Of a DNA stretch of 64,000 nucleotides, positions 48,052-57,687 are shown piece after piece. Every line of letters begins with the position of its first letter. Position 1 is the stretch's first letter. Under the pieces are notes generated by a model, which saw only the letters and a program-made list of their open reading frames with translations, had not been told where the DNA came from and did not search any database. The DNA is from an uncultured Verrucomicrobiae bacterium (GTDB lineage: Bacteria; Verrucomicrobiota; Verrucomicrobiia; Limisphaerales; Palsa-1400), in assembly GCA_963764165.1 (NCBI GenBank), contig CAVXRD010000002.1, positions 2,624,001 through 2,688,000 of the forward strand. Direction: 5' to 3'. The translations under genes were made by a program, and so were the position numbers.

Positions 48052-49716
48052 TTATTGTCGCGCCAACTCAAATAGCCGCTTTTCTTCGGGAAGGTGGCGG
48101 GTCTTCTCGGCAATTTTTAGATACTTTTGTGCCTTTGCAGAGTCCCCGTTCGCTTTCAAGATGATACCGTAATATCCCGCGACGCTCGGATTTTCCAATT
48201 CGCCTTCATTTAATTTCTCCATGACGCGCAGCGCGTCTGGATTTTTCTTCTGAAGGAAGAGCGAGAAGGCATATGTCGAGGCGAAGGAAGAGTTTGTCGG
48301 GCTGCTTTGGTAAACCTCGCGCGCCATATCGTCCGGCTTAAGGTCCTTCTGCCCAAGCAAGAGCGCCGTCATCGCCAAGTTGTTCTTGTACAACAGGTCT
48401 GAAGGCTGTGACTTAACCTCGGCGCGAAAGAGGTTAAGGAGGGATGTTGTGCGGGAATCAAGGAAGAAAATAGTCGCCAGGGCTTGCACCGCCCACCTCT
48501 CGTCCGGGTGCTGCCTGATAATGGTCCACAACAACTCTTCCGTCTCCTTCTGCCAGCCCCACGACGCGGCAAGCTTAAGAAGCATGGTTTGGTTCATTTT
48601 TTGGCCCGCCGCAGCGGCCAGAGCTTGATCCCACTGGCCTTTGGAGGACTCAGTCAAGTCCAACTGCTTGAGGGCAAACGACAGAAACGCGTGCCGAACG
48701 AAGTCCGAGCCCGCCCAATTCTGCTTTTCGAGCGCCTTTTGCATCCCTGACCAGTCCTTGGCAATGATTTGGAATTCCGCCGAAAGCAAAGCCGCTGGCT
48801 GGTTGGTGCGGGTTGCCGGAGGAAGGCTGGTCAGCCAGGCAAGACCGTCGCCAATCTCACCGTGGGTTTGCTGCCACGTCGCCAATTGATACAGTTTGGT
48901 GGGGTTGCTGGAGGCCTCATGCTCGCAATTCGTCATAAACGGTTTGTATTCAGAATTGTGAGCGGCGCGAAGCACTTCCAATCGCGCCATGCGATCGCTG
49001 AAGTCCGCGTTGGTGGCATCCACGAGGTCCTTGGATAGGCTCAGCGCCGCGGAATCGTTGGTAAACCGCACCGCATCCCCGATCAACTCACGCATCGCCT
49101 GGTGGCGAAGCACCGCATTGGTGGCGTTCACGCTCAAGCTCTGCAGGGTGATGCGCGCTTTCGCAATGGCCTCTTTATTGGTTCCGCGGATATCGACCAT
49201 GGACAGATCAAGGAGAGGCATGGGATTTTGGGGATCGAGCCGCGAAGCCTCCGCAAAATGCTCTTTGGCCGTTGAGAACATATTCATCGCGGCGAAAACG
49301 CTTCCCGCCACAGTTTGATATTCGACGGATTGCTTCCCTTCCTCGGTCACGCCCTCCAAGGCGTTTGTTGCCGTGGGCAAATCCCGGAAAATGACAGCTG
49401 CCTTGGCCAAAGCCAGCCGATCCTCGGTGGATTTTGGATTTAGTTCAACCGCCAGCGAGCGCCAAAGCATTGCTTCCGGAGAGCGGCTCGATTCAAGCAC
49501 TTCCGCAGCCAGGCGAGCGCCTTCGAGATTTCGGGGATTGGTGGCCAATGCCATTCGCAGGCTCAAAATAGCGTTCCGATTGTCTGAATTGGCATAAAAT
49601 TGCCGGGCCATGGAAAGAAGATGCTGCTGCTTCCACACCAAATAAGCACGATACCCAGCGTAAAGAACAAGAATGGTTAAAGAACACGATATTAGCAGGA
49701 CGAATAACTTTCGCAT
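48052..49716 (-). CDS. Membrane-anchored periplasmic TPR protein (PEP-CTERM/EPS system associated)
   Basis: N-terminal TM; helical repeats (A..LNP, LDPQN, KNNLA, STYAFSL). Confidence 0.75.
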   Translation of the reverse strand: MRKLFVLLISCSLTILVLYAGYRAYLVWKQQHLLSMARQFYANSDNRNAILSLRMALATNPRNLEGARLAAEVLESSRSPEAMLWRSLAVELNPKSTEDRLALAKAAVIFRDLPTATNALEGVTEEGKQSVEYQTVAGSVFAAMNMFSTAKEHFAEASRLDPQNPMPLLDLSMVDIRGTNKEAIAKARITLQSLSVNATNAVLRHQAMRELIGDAVRFTNDSAALSLSKDLVDATNADFSDRMARLEVLRAAHNSEYKPFMTNCEHEASSNPTKLYQLATWQQTHGEIGDGLAWLTSLPPATRTNQPAALLSAEFQIIAKDWSGMQKALEKQNWAGSDFVRHAFLSFALKQLDLTESSKGQWDQALAAAAGQKMNQTMLLKLAASWGWQKETEELLWTIIRQHPDERWAVQALATIFFLDSRTTSLLNLFRAEVKSQPSDLLYKNNLAMTALLLGQKDLKPDDMAREVYQSSPTNSSFASTYAFSLFLQKKNPDALRVMEKLNEGELENPSVAGYYGIILKANGDSAKAQKYLKIAEKTRHLPEEKRLFELARQ

Positions 49717-49734
49717 AAGTAGCTCAAATTGCGA

Positions 49735-51717
49735 CTAAACAGGGTTCTGGAGAGTGCCCGAAAACGGCGGAACTCCCGTCTCCGGGGCTGTCGACGGGGC
49801 TGGTAAAATGCTGTCCTCCGCGGCGGGCGTCACAGGCGGATGCGAGTTCAGCAGCAAATGATTTTGAAATCGCCATTCGGTAAGGGTTAATCCTCGTTCA
49901 GTGGCCAATCCCCGAAGTTTGGCCATGGCCTCTTCGCGCAACGCGGTCGTAATGACGATGCCGTTGATTTTATGCCGGCCAATCAACAGCGGCAGCTCAT
50001 CCAGTCCACCGAGCACCATGACGCCGTAGACCCACTGGAAATGCAGCGACGGCTCGTCGTCGATCAACCCAACGACATGCCTCCCATCAAAGCTGCTGGA
50101 ATTGTTGAAGCCGCGCTCCCGCAAAAACAACTGGCACCGGCCGCCAGCGCCATACAGGAGAATGCGGTCGCTCTCCTTGCCGATATCGGGTTTCATTCGC
50201 AGATAATCCAGCATCTCCTCGACGCACCGATACGCCACCCGAACCGCCAAGATTCCCGTATTGGCGAAAGCGCCAATAATGACGGCCCTGATAAACGCGG
50301 TGGATGTCCGCGTGGGATCGATCATCAAAGTGATTCCCACGCTGATGACAAGACCAACCAAGAGCGTTAATTCCAACGTGAGAATGTCGAACAGGCGCGC
50401 GCGCTGCCACACAATGACGTAGGTGCGGGACATCGCCAGCAGCGAGATGGTCGGCGTCACCCAGATTGGCAAATCAACAAACCACGTATGCCAGAAGTTT
50501 GCGGTCGGCGGGTCGCAATACCTCATGGCCAGCGCGCGGGCGGCGCCCAGGCAAATGACGTCCCACACAGGCACCAGAAGGGCGCGCAGCGTCGATTGGG
50601 AGGGCCGCTTCAACCCTGTCAATAATACTCTGCCCGTTTCGCGCAGCTCAATGACGGCCATGCGGCGCAGGAGCACGTAAGCGACAACCAAGACTGTAAT
50701 CAGAAAAATGCCGGTCGTGCGGGCATGAAAGGTCGTCAGCAGCAAACCAAAGAAAACCAGCATCGCATTGGTGAAAAAAAGCGTGGACGCGACTCGAGGC
50801 GTGCTCAATCCGGTCTTGGCAAGACGGTGATGCAGATGATCCAAATCAGGCTGCATAATCCCTGGACGCTTCTTGCTTCCGCCAGCGACAGCGGAAGCCA
50901 GGATGCCACGCATGGTGCGGCGCCATATGGCCAGCAAAGCATCATAAATAGGAACGCCAAGCACCATCATCGGGATTCCCAACGAGAGGGCAAAGGTGTT
51001 TTTGTTGTAGGTCTGGAGCGCCACCGAGCCCAGGATAAAACCGAGAAACATGCTCCCGGTGTCGCCAAGAAAAATTGTGGCCGGATGAAAATTATACCGA
51101 AGGAATGCCAGGCATGCGCCGATCAACCCCAGCAACACCAGGACGTTTCCGGGAGAATGATTGATGGCGAAAATTCCGCCCAGCCCAATCGCTGAGATCA
51201 CGGCCAGCCCCGAGGCCAGCCCGTCCAGGCCGTCGATTAAATTAAACGCGTTAATGGTCCCCAAAAGCCACAATTCCACCATGAGGAAGTCCAGCCAGAC
51301 CGGCAGCGGGCATCCGAAAATTTCACCGAACCGGGCGCCATTCAAAAACATGATCGCGGCGGCGGCAGCTTGCCCGGCCAGCTTCACGAGAGGCTTCATC
51401 CCCCGAACATCGTCCACCAAGCCGACAACCAATAACACCAGAGACGCTGGCAGGAAGCCTTGCCACCAATGGAAATCAAGATCGGCGGAAAATTTCGGCC
51501 ACGGGAAGAATAATCCGACCGCGCAAGCTGCGTAGACGCCCAGAACAACGGCCACCCCGCCGGCCCGCGGCGTCACGCGTTTGTGCGGCCGCCGCGCGTC
51601 CGGCTTGTCCACCACACCGAATCGAATCGCCAGAGCGCGGACCAGCGGCGTCAGGACGTAGGTGACGACAACTCCGCAGAGGAATACCGTTATATACTTA
51701 TCGAGGTAGCCAAACAT
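49735..51717 (-). CDS. WecA/MraY-family initiating phosphoglycosyl transferase fused to a CapD-like TM and Rossmann-fold region
   Basis: GLVDD, NAFNLIDGLDGLA, YNFHPA.IFLGDTGS, HLHH; C-terminal LLYGAGG, VGLIDD, VLGG. Confidence 0.88.
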   Translation of the reverse strand: MFGYLDKYITVFLCGVVVTYVLTPLVRALAIRFGVVDKPDARRPHKRVTPRAGGVAVVLGVYAACAVGLFFPWPKFSADLDFHWWQGFLPASLVLLVVGLVDDVRGMKPLVKLAGQAAAAAIMFLNGARFGEIFGCPLPVWLDFLMVELWLLGTINAFNLIDGLDGLASGLAVISAIGLGGIFAINHSPGNVLVLLGLIGACLAFLRYNFHPATIFLGDTGSMFLGFILGSVALQTYNKNTFALSLGIPMMVLGVPIYDALLAIWRRTMRGILASAVAGGSKKRPGIMQPDLDHLHHRLAKTGLSTPRVASTLFFTNAMLVFFGLLLTTFHARTTGIFLITVLVVAYVLLRRMAVIELRETGRVLLTGLKRPSQSTLRALLVPVWDVICLGAARALAMRYCDPPTANFWHTWFVDLPIWVTPTISLLAMSRTYVIVWQRARLFDILTLELTLLVGLVISVGITLMIDPTRTSTAFIRAVIIGAFANTGILAVRVAYRCVEEMLDYLRMKPDIGKESDRILLYGAGGRCQLFLRERGFNNSSSFDGRHVVGLIDDEPSLHFQWVYGVMVLGGLDELPLLIGRHKINGIVITTALREEAMAKLRGLATERGLTLTEWRFQNHLLLNSHPPVTPAAEDSILPAPSTAPETGVPPFSGTLQNPV

Positions 51718-51771
51718 GAATGGTTTTCGTTTTAAGTGGCGAGCCTGCAGTTCGCCTGCCTGACCCGGACT

Positions 51772-52968
51772 TCAACCGCATCGTTCTAACATGTTGGCAA
51801 TCATGTCGCAAGTGGCGTTCATGTGAAACCGCGCGCGCGCGAAGTTCAAGGCGGCTTCGCCCCGGCGCGCGCATTCGGCGCGGTCAGACGCCTGTTTTAC
51901 CGCCTCGAGCAATGCCACCTCGTCATTTTGTTCGACAACCCAGCCTCCCCCGGATTGCATAATCCATTCCGCGGTTTCACACTTTGTGCCCCCGACATAG
52001 AGCACCGGGCGGCCGACCGCAAAACTCCCCTGCAGCTTGCTCGGAACAATCGTGCCTTGCCAATTGGCGTCGAGGCTTACCAGATGCACATCGGCGGAGC
52101 ACAGGTGCGCGCGCAGCTTGGCCGCTGGAACGTAACCCAGCATCTCGATGTTCGCGCCAGGATGGGATTTCGCGAACGATTCCACTTCGCTCCGGCGTTT
52201 CCCGCCACCGCTGAAAACCCAGCGGGGGCCGGATGAACCGAGGTGCGCCGCCGCGGCGAGGAACTCGCCAAAGCGATGTCCCAGCCCCATATTTCCTGAA
52301 TAAAGAAAAATCGTCTCGCGATTCGCCCATCGGCGCTCGGCGCGCAACGCATCCACCGCTTCTGGAGCAGCCGGACCGAGGCTTGGGTCACTCCAAAGTG
52401 GCGCCCATTGAACCGCTGGAGCATACAACGACACGCGTTCCGCCATGCGCGGCCCCAAGGCAAGCACCAGCTTTGCGTTCCTGAGTTGAGCCTTCGTCAT
52501 CTGTTGGAGAAATCGGTAAAGCAGCGATTTATTCGAAGTCATTCCGTGAGAAGCCATCACGTCTGGATACAGGTCCATAATCCAATGAGCATGGCCGCAC
52601 CGCCGTGTCCAAGCCGCGAACCTGGCCAGGACTCCAGCGTAGGGTGGCGTTGTCAATGAGAGGATTAAATCCGGCTTGAATTTATCCAATGTTACCGCGC
52701 CGGCTAAAGACGTGTAGAATGTGGCGTAATCGCTCATTTTTCCAACGAAGTTCTTTCTCCCCAAGCCAGTGGCGAACAGCCGCCGCACTTCCACACCATC
52801 CCGGACCTCCCGCGGCGCAAAAGATTGCGTCCCGTCATACGAATTTCGGGAGCACAGAACTTTGATCGCATGGCCGCGCTTGGCGAGCGATTTTGCCAGA
52901 TCATGAAGGTAGACGCCGGTCGGCGCGACGTCCGGGGGATAAAATTGATTTATGAAAAGCAGGCGCAT
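51772..52968 (-). CDS. GT4 glycosyltransferase (WcaI/WbuB-like)
   Basis: INQFYPPD, TTPP, MDLYPD, YSGNMGLGH, VPSKL. Confidence 0.9.
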   Translation of the reverse strand: MRLLFINQFYPPDVAPTGVYLHDLAKSLAKRGHAIKVLCSRNSYDGTQSFAPREVRDGVEVRRLFATGLGRKNFVGKMSDYATFYTSLAGAVTLDKFKPDLILSLTTPPYAGVLARFAAWTRRCGHAHWIMDLYPDVMASHGMTSNKSLLYRFLQQMTKAQLRNAKLVLALGPRMAERVSLYAPAVQWAPLWSDPSLGPAAPEAVDALRAERRWANRETIFLYSGNMGLGHRFGEFLAAAAHLGSSGPRWVFSGGGKRRSEVESFAKSHPGANIEMLGYVPAAKLRAHLCSADVHLVSLDANWQGTIVPSKLQGSFAVGRPVLYVGGTKCETAEWIMQSGGGWVVEQNDEVALLEAVKQASDRAECARRGEAALNFARARFHMNATCDMIANMLERCG

Positions 52969-53020
52969 GCATGACGAACAGCTTAAAATTCACGCAAAGG
53001 AATCCGAGTGGTCATTTCGA

Positions 53021-54661
53021 CTAAAGCCGAGCTTGTGCCGCCGGCTGCTTGACTACAATGAATTTCTCCAATTCACGCTTGAGGGCCAATTCCGCCTGGT
53101 CCGCGTCGGGGCATCCTTGGATCATGAATTCAATGACCTTTTGCCCATGTTTTCCACGCCCGTTCCAGATGGCGCGAATCAAATTGAAACGCGCGGAGTC
53201 CTGCGCCACATACTTATCGTCGTCAACGCCAGCCTCCCAGCGGCAATGGTAAACATACATCGGCCCGAGGGCTGTTTTGAAAAGATAACTGCGCACAGGA
53301 AGCACAATGCCTTTGACGCGCACAAGCGAAAGGGTCGGCCCCGATACCAGGCGATTGCCGACCGCTGTCATGCAAATCTCGGGCGTGTGCCGCTTGGCAA
53401 GGTAGCCGGCCACGCGGCCTGCGTCCCAATTAAAATAAAAGCCGTTCCAGTAATTCCCATCGGAGTCCTTCCACTCTCCTTGCTCTCCGTCGTCGAATTG
53501 CAGGAGTTTGCGGGTTTTATCTGTCATCGCAATCTCCTTGAAGGTTGGGTTATCCTTCGGAAAATTGAGGCTCCAATCGGGGCCCGGCTTGATGCGCGCC
53601 TCACGGCTCCGGAACCATGTTTCCACTCCCACATCCGCCATGGCAATCCAAATGCAAACAGCGCAGGAGGCGAAAATAAATTGCCGGGAGCCCACTCCGG
53701 GAATCGGCTCAGGGCTGGACGCGCACTCCGGTGCCGCCTCAAGTTTTTTTCGCGACATAAGCCATGCCAGCAGCCACAGCATAGCCGTGCAGACGAACGT
53801 AATGCTCAACCCTGCCTCGTCATGATATTCGCCGACCGCCGAGACCCCCTTTTTCGCCGCCGCGACAGTGAGGATCGTCACGCGGCCAATATTGCACGCC
53901 ATCGCGACGGCGAATCCAAACGGAACGAGCAACAGCCTGCGCAAGACTTTCATGCGGTAGTATTCGCCGAAGAAGAGGGAAATCATGAAGCTGGTTTGGA
54001 AAGAGCGGATGCCGCTGCAAGCCTCCTCGACTCCAACCATCCCTTTGCCAACTTCAATGACGTTTCCGTGCTGCAACGCTGGAATGCTGATGCACCCCAT
54101 CAATTCCACCACCACTCGCGACGTCAAGCTGGTCAATCCCTGGATCAGGGGACCTTCAATCATCGACACCCATGGCACGGCCACCAGAAAGAAGCCAATC
54201 GGGAAGGCGAGTTCCTTCAGCCATTTTGGACCCATGAGAAGATAAATCGCGCAGAGAGTCAGCCCGACTGATTCCACTCCAAGCATCCACTGGATGGGGC
54301 GCCACTCAGGCGTCGCGCCTTGAATCAGGTGCGTGGGCAGGTATAAAAACGCCAGCAATAATCCAGGCGCAAGAACTGGAAAAGACATCCTCTGTTGGAT
54401 GCGCGGGCAGCCGGCATTGATCATCTGAACGCGGCGGAGAATCAGGCCCGCGCACAGAATCGGGACGACCCACCCGTAGCTGTATTGCGGATTCGTGCTC
54501 CACTCTGGCGCGACGCTGTCGATAAACTGATACCACAAAAAGCTGATCGGAAGAAAGGTGACAATCCAAATGAAGAGGGAATTTCCGCTCGCTTTCGGTG
54601 TGTCGCCGCTCGAAACGCCGCGGGCCGCGGTCAAATTTTGGGGGGCACTCATGAAATTCAA
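53021..54661 (-). CDS. Exosortase fused to an EpsI-like periplasmic domain
   Basis: YSYGWVVP, VEEACSGIRS (Cys), NIGRV (Arg), YHD (His); C-terminal HTPEICM. Confidence 0.92.
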   Translation of the reverse strand: MNFMSAPQNLTAARGVSSGDTPKASGNSLFIWIVTFLPISFLWYQFIDSVAPEWSTNPQYSYGWVVPILCAGLILRRVQMINAGCPRIQQRMSFPVLAPGLLLAFLYLPTHLIQGATPEWRPIQWMLGVESVGLTLCAIYLLMGPKWLKELAFPIGFFLVAVPWVSMIEGPLIQGLTSLTSRVVVELMGCISIPALQHGNVIEVGKGMVGVEEACSGIRSFQTSFMISLFFGEYYRMKVLRRLLLVPFGFAVAMACNIGRVTILTVAAAKKGVSAVGEYHDEAGLSITFVCTAMLWLLAWLMSRKKLEAAPECASSPEPIPGVGSRQFIFASCAVCIWIAMADVGVETWFRSREARIKPGPDWSLNFPKDNPTFKEIAMTDKTRKLLQFDDGEQGEWKDSDGNYWNGFYFNWDAGRVAGYLAKRHTPEICMTAVGNRLVSGPTLSLVRVKGIVLPVRSYLFKTALGPMYVYHCRWEAGVDDDKYVAQDSARFNLIRAIWNGRGKHGQKVIEFMIQGCPDADQAELALKRELEKFIVVKQPAAQARL

Positions 54662-55230
54662 TTGGCCAGAGCCGGACTGCGCTCAACAAGGTCACGGCGG
54701 CGAACAAAGACTGCCGGATTGCCCTGGCAGATGGCCCAGGGTTCGAGATCCTTGGTGGCAACGGAGCCGGCCGTCAACACGGCGTGTGTTCCGACATTGA
54801 CACCCGGCGCGACCCAGCTTCCCGCCCCCAGCCACGCGCCTTCCTGAACTGTTATCGGGCGCACGATCAGATCAAATGCGGGCTGTTTGTAGTCATGGCT
54901 TCCAGTGCAGAGGAAGGCCCGCTGGGAAATGCACACGTGGCTTCCAATGGTGATGCTGCCGAGGTTCAACAACCAGCATTCCTCGCCAAGCCAGACGTGA
55001 TCGCCAACCCGGAGCTTCCACGGAAATGTTATTTTGACGCGAGGCTTGATCACGACTCCCTTGCCGATCTCTCCGCCAAAGGCGCGCAGAACAGCGCATT
55101 TCAGCGCGGAAAGACTTACGGGGCACAACTCGAACAGAACAAAACTGCATAGCAGCCAGGCGGTTTCCTTCAACCTGCCAGCGCCGCGGTCAAATTGCGG
55201 ATTTGAAAACTTGGAAAGGTCTACTGGCAT
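54658..55230 (-). CDS. wcaF: WcaF-family hexapeptide acetyltransferase
   Basis: LRAFGGEIG, FPWKL, CISQ..FLCTGSHD, GNPA. Confidence 0.9.
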   Translation of the reverse strand: MPVDLSKFSNPQFDRGAGRLKETAWLLCSFVLFELCPVSLSALKCAVLRAFGGEIGKGVVIKPRVKITFPWKLRVGDHVWLGEECWLLNLGSITIGSHVCISQRAFLCTGSHDYKQPAFDLIVRPITVQEGAWLGAGSWVAPGVNVGTHAVLTAGSVATKDLEPWAICQGNPAVFVRRRDLVERSPALAN

Positions 55231-56405
55231 TGGACAAAATCTGGCGCTGGCGAGCTTCCAAGCAGCCATTCGTAAACATTGCCCAAACGATCCACGATGC
55301 GGCTCCACGTGTATTCGCGCGCGATCAAATCACGCCCATGGCCGCCCATCTCGCGCCGTTCGGCATCCGTCATGGCCAGCAAGCAGCGCACCCCGATTTC
55401 ACAATCGGTGGCATTGGGCGCGAATTCGATGGCCGCATGCGCGGCTTTCAACTCGGGAAAATTGCATGCCGAGGTCATCAGCACCGGCAATCCGCAGGCG
55501 GCGGCTTCCAAAACCGCGACGCTGAACCCTTCGCTCAATGAAGGCAGAACAAAGGCATCCGCGCCCGCCAGCGTTTTCATCTTCATTTCGCCAAACACCG
55601 GCCCGAGAAATTTCACCGATGGCGCCACCCCGAGCTCCTCCGCCAGCAACTCCATTTCGTGGCGATGCCCCCCTTGGTCATTGCCGCCGATGATCAGCAT
55701 CCACTGAGGGTATTGCGCCGAGACCCGGCTCCACGCCCGGATCAAGTGAGGGAGCCCTTTCTTTGGATGAATTCTGGAAAGAAAGAGCAAGCGCTTCCGT
55801 CCATTCAATTCAGGAAAACTGGATTCAATCGCGTTGCGACCCGGCAGCGAAGCGTACTCTTCCATCGCAATTCCGTTCGGCACGATCGCGATTGGATTTT
55901 TCAGCCCATAGTCGCGAATCTGGCGGGCTTCGGCATCGCACAAGGCCAGGATGCAGTCTGCGGCGCGCAGATTTCCGTCTTCAAAAAGCCGGGCGGCGAT
56001 GCGCTTCTTCCAGCCGGAATTTTTTAGCGCCCAAGGCTCGAGCATTCCGTGAGGCGACACGACCAGCGGCGAGGAAGTGCGCTGGGCCAGGCTGCGCGCC
56101 AGGCGTCCCGGATACATCCACAAGCCGTGGCTGTGGATGACCCCTCCTTGAACGGCATTCTGGACCAGCTTCCCGCGCAGGGATGGGGAAAAACCAAATG
56201 CGCGCGGCCCCACGATGCCGCCAGTAAAATAGGGAACGCCCCAGCCCTCGCAATCTCCCTGGACAAATTCATCGCTCAAGCCGGCGACAGACGAAGGCAC
56301 CCCGCGGCGCTTCAACTCGCGCGCCTGAGACCAGACCACAGGGGGAATCCCGCCTCCCGCGCGCGAAATCCAGGAAGTCAAATGCAGAACGTTTTGCACC
56401 CGCAT
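55221..56405 (-). CDS. GT4 glycosyltransferase
   Basis: HSHGLW, SPHGML, FLSRIHPKKG, PSLSEGF..AVLEA. Confidence 0.9.
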   Translation of the reverse strand: MRVQNVLHLTSWISRAGGGIPPVVWSQARELKRRGVPSSVAGLSDEFVQGDCEGWGVPYFTGGIVGPRAFGFSPSLRGKLVQNAVQGGVIHSHGLWMYPGRLARSLAQRTSSPLVVSPHGMLEPWALKNSGWKKRIAARLFEDGNLRAADCILALCDAEARQIRDYGLKNPIAIVPNGIAMEEYASLPGRNAIESSFPELNGRKRLLFLSRIHPKKGLPHLIRAWSRVSAQYPQWMLIIGGNDQGGHRHEMELLAEELGVAPSVKFLGPVFGEMKMKTLAGADAFVLPSLSEGFSVAVLEAAACGLPVLMTSACNFPELKAAHAAIEFAPNATDCEIGVRCLLAMTDAERREMGGHGRDLIAREYTWSRIVDRLGNVYEWLLGSSPAPDFVQCQ

Positions 56406-56413
56406 AGCCGCTC

Positions 56414-57685
56414 TTAGCCGGGGCTCCGCATCGACAATGCCTTTAGCAATGCCCTGTCCACCGGGTTCGACCGGCGAAGGGGCGCGCTTTTGGCGGCCTC
56501 CATCGCCGTGCGCATCCCTTGCGCGAATTGGCCGGGCCCCCACGCAGCGATAATTTTCTGGCTGGCTTTTCCCATCTCGTCCAGAGCCGGAGGCGCCAGC
56601 GAGCTTAGCTTCGTCATAAGTTCCGCTGCGCGCCCAACATCAAATGGATCGAAGGTGAATCCGTTGCGCCCTTCGCGGACCAAGTCCGAGGCGCAGCCGC
56701 ATTTCTCAGACACCAGGACGGGAAGGCCCGAGGCCATCGCTTCGTTGACGACCAAGCCCCATTGCTCCACGGTGCTCGGATGAACAAATGCGCTGGCGAG
56801 CCCATAGTAAGTTGGCAGTTCGTGGTACTGCTTGAAGCCCGGAAAATGAACGGCATGGGTCAATCCCAATGATGCCACCGCTTGCTTCAATTCGTTATTG
56901 AGCGGGCCGTCCCCGAGGATCACCAAATCCCAAGCCTGTGAGGCTGGCGGCGCCGATTGGCGGCATTGCGCGAATGCTTGCAGCAAACGTGGAGCGTTCT
57001 TCTTCTCGACAAAGCGCATTGAGGCGAGAAAGAACTTTTCCGGCAGGCCGAGACTTTTCCTCAAGTCCCGCTCTTGCCGCCGCGCTTCCGCGGCGCCTCG
57101 CGAAAAATACTCATTGTCCACCGCATCGTAGCCGAGGGCAATGCTTCCGCGAGGCATTCCGAGCGCCGCCAGATAATCCGCATGAGGCGCTCCGCCAGCC
57201 AGCGCTGCTGAACACAGTCCCACCGTCCGGGACTTGGCCCACTCTTTCCACCAAGTGCGCCTGCCGTCCCATTGAGTGCTCTCGGACATCACTACGGCCG
57301 GCACGCCTGACTCCACGCACCAGTCGAGCGCGGCCAGGGCGCCAGCGTCCGCCCAGCCCGGAATCGCCACCACCTCGGGCTGGCAGGAACACAACGTTTG
57401 CCGCATCCGTTCGGCTATCATTCGGGCGGTGGGAGCGATCTCGTGTGATTCGAACAGCGTCAGCCGCTCAAAACTGTCACTTCCTGAAACCAAGTCCCAA
57501 GCGTAAGTGCTGTCGGTGCGGCACAATTCGATGGCCATCAGCCCGGAAATCAAACGACCGGCGGCCCGTAATCTGGCGAAGTGGTATGGGCCGATGCGAT
57601 GAAAAATCACCGCCAAGGCTGGCGAAGCTTTTTTCCCGCGCGCGGGCTCCCTTTGTGGCGCCGTTTGTCTGGCATAGGCTGTCAT
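56414..57685 (-). CDS. GT4 glycosyltransferase
   Basis: GPYHFAR, MSES, RFVEKKN, EQWGLVVNEAMASGLP. Confidence 0.9.
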   Translation of the reverse strand: MTAYARQTAPQREPARGKKASPALAVIFHRIGPYHFARLRAAGRLISGLMAIELCRTDSTYAWDLVSGSDSFERLTLFESHEIAPTARMIAERMRQTLCSCQPEVVAIPGWADAGALAALDWCVESGVPAVVMSESTQWDGRRTWWKEWAKSRTVGLCSAALAGGAPHADYLAALGMPRGSIALGYDAVDNEYFSRGAAEARRQERDLRKSLGLPEKFFLASMRFVEKKNAPRLLQAFAQCRQSAPPASQAWDLVILGDGPLNNELKQAVASLGLTHAVHFPGFKQYHELPTYYGLASAFVHPSTVEQWGLVVNEAMASGLPVLVSEKCGCASDLVREGRNGFTFDPFDVGRAAELMTKLSSLAPPALDEMGKASQKIIAAWGPGQFAQGMRTAMEAAKSAPLRRSNPVDRALLKALSMRSPG

Positions 57686-57687
57686 GC

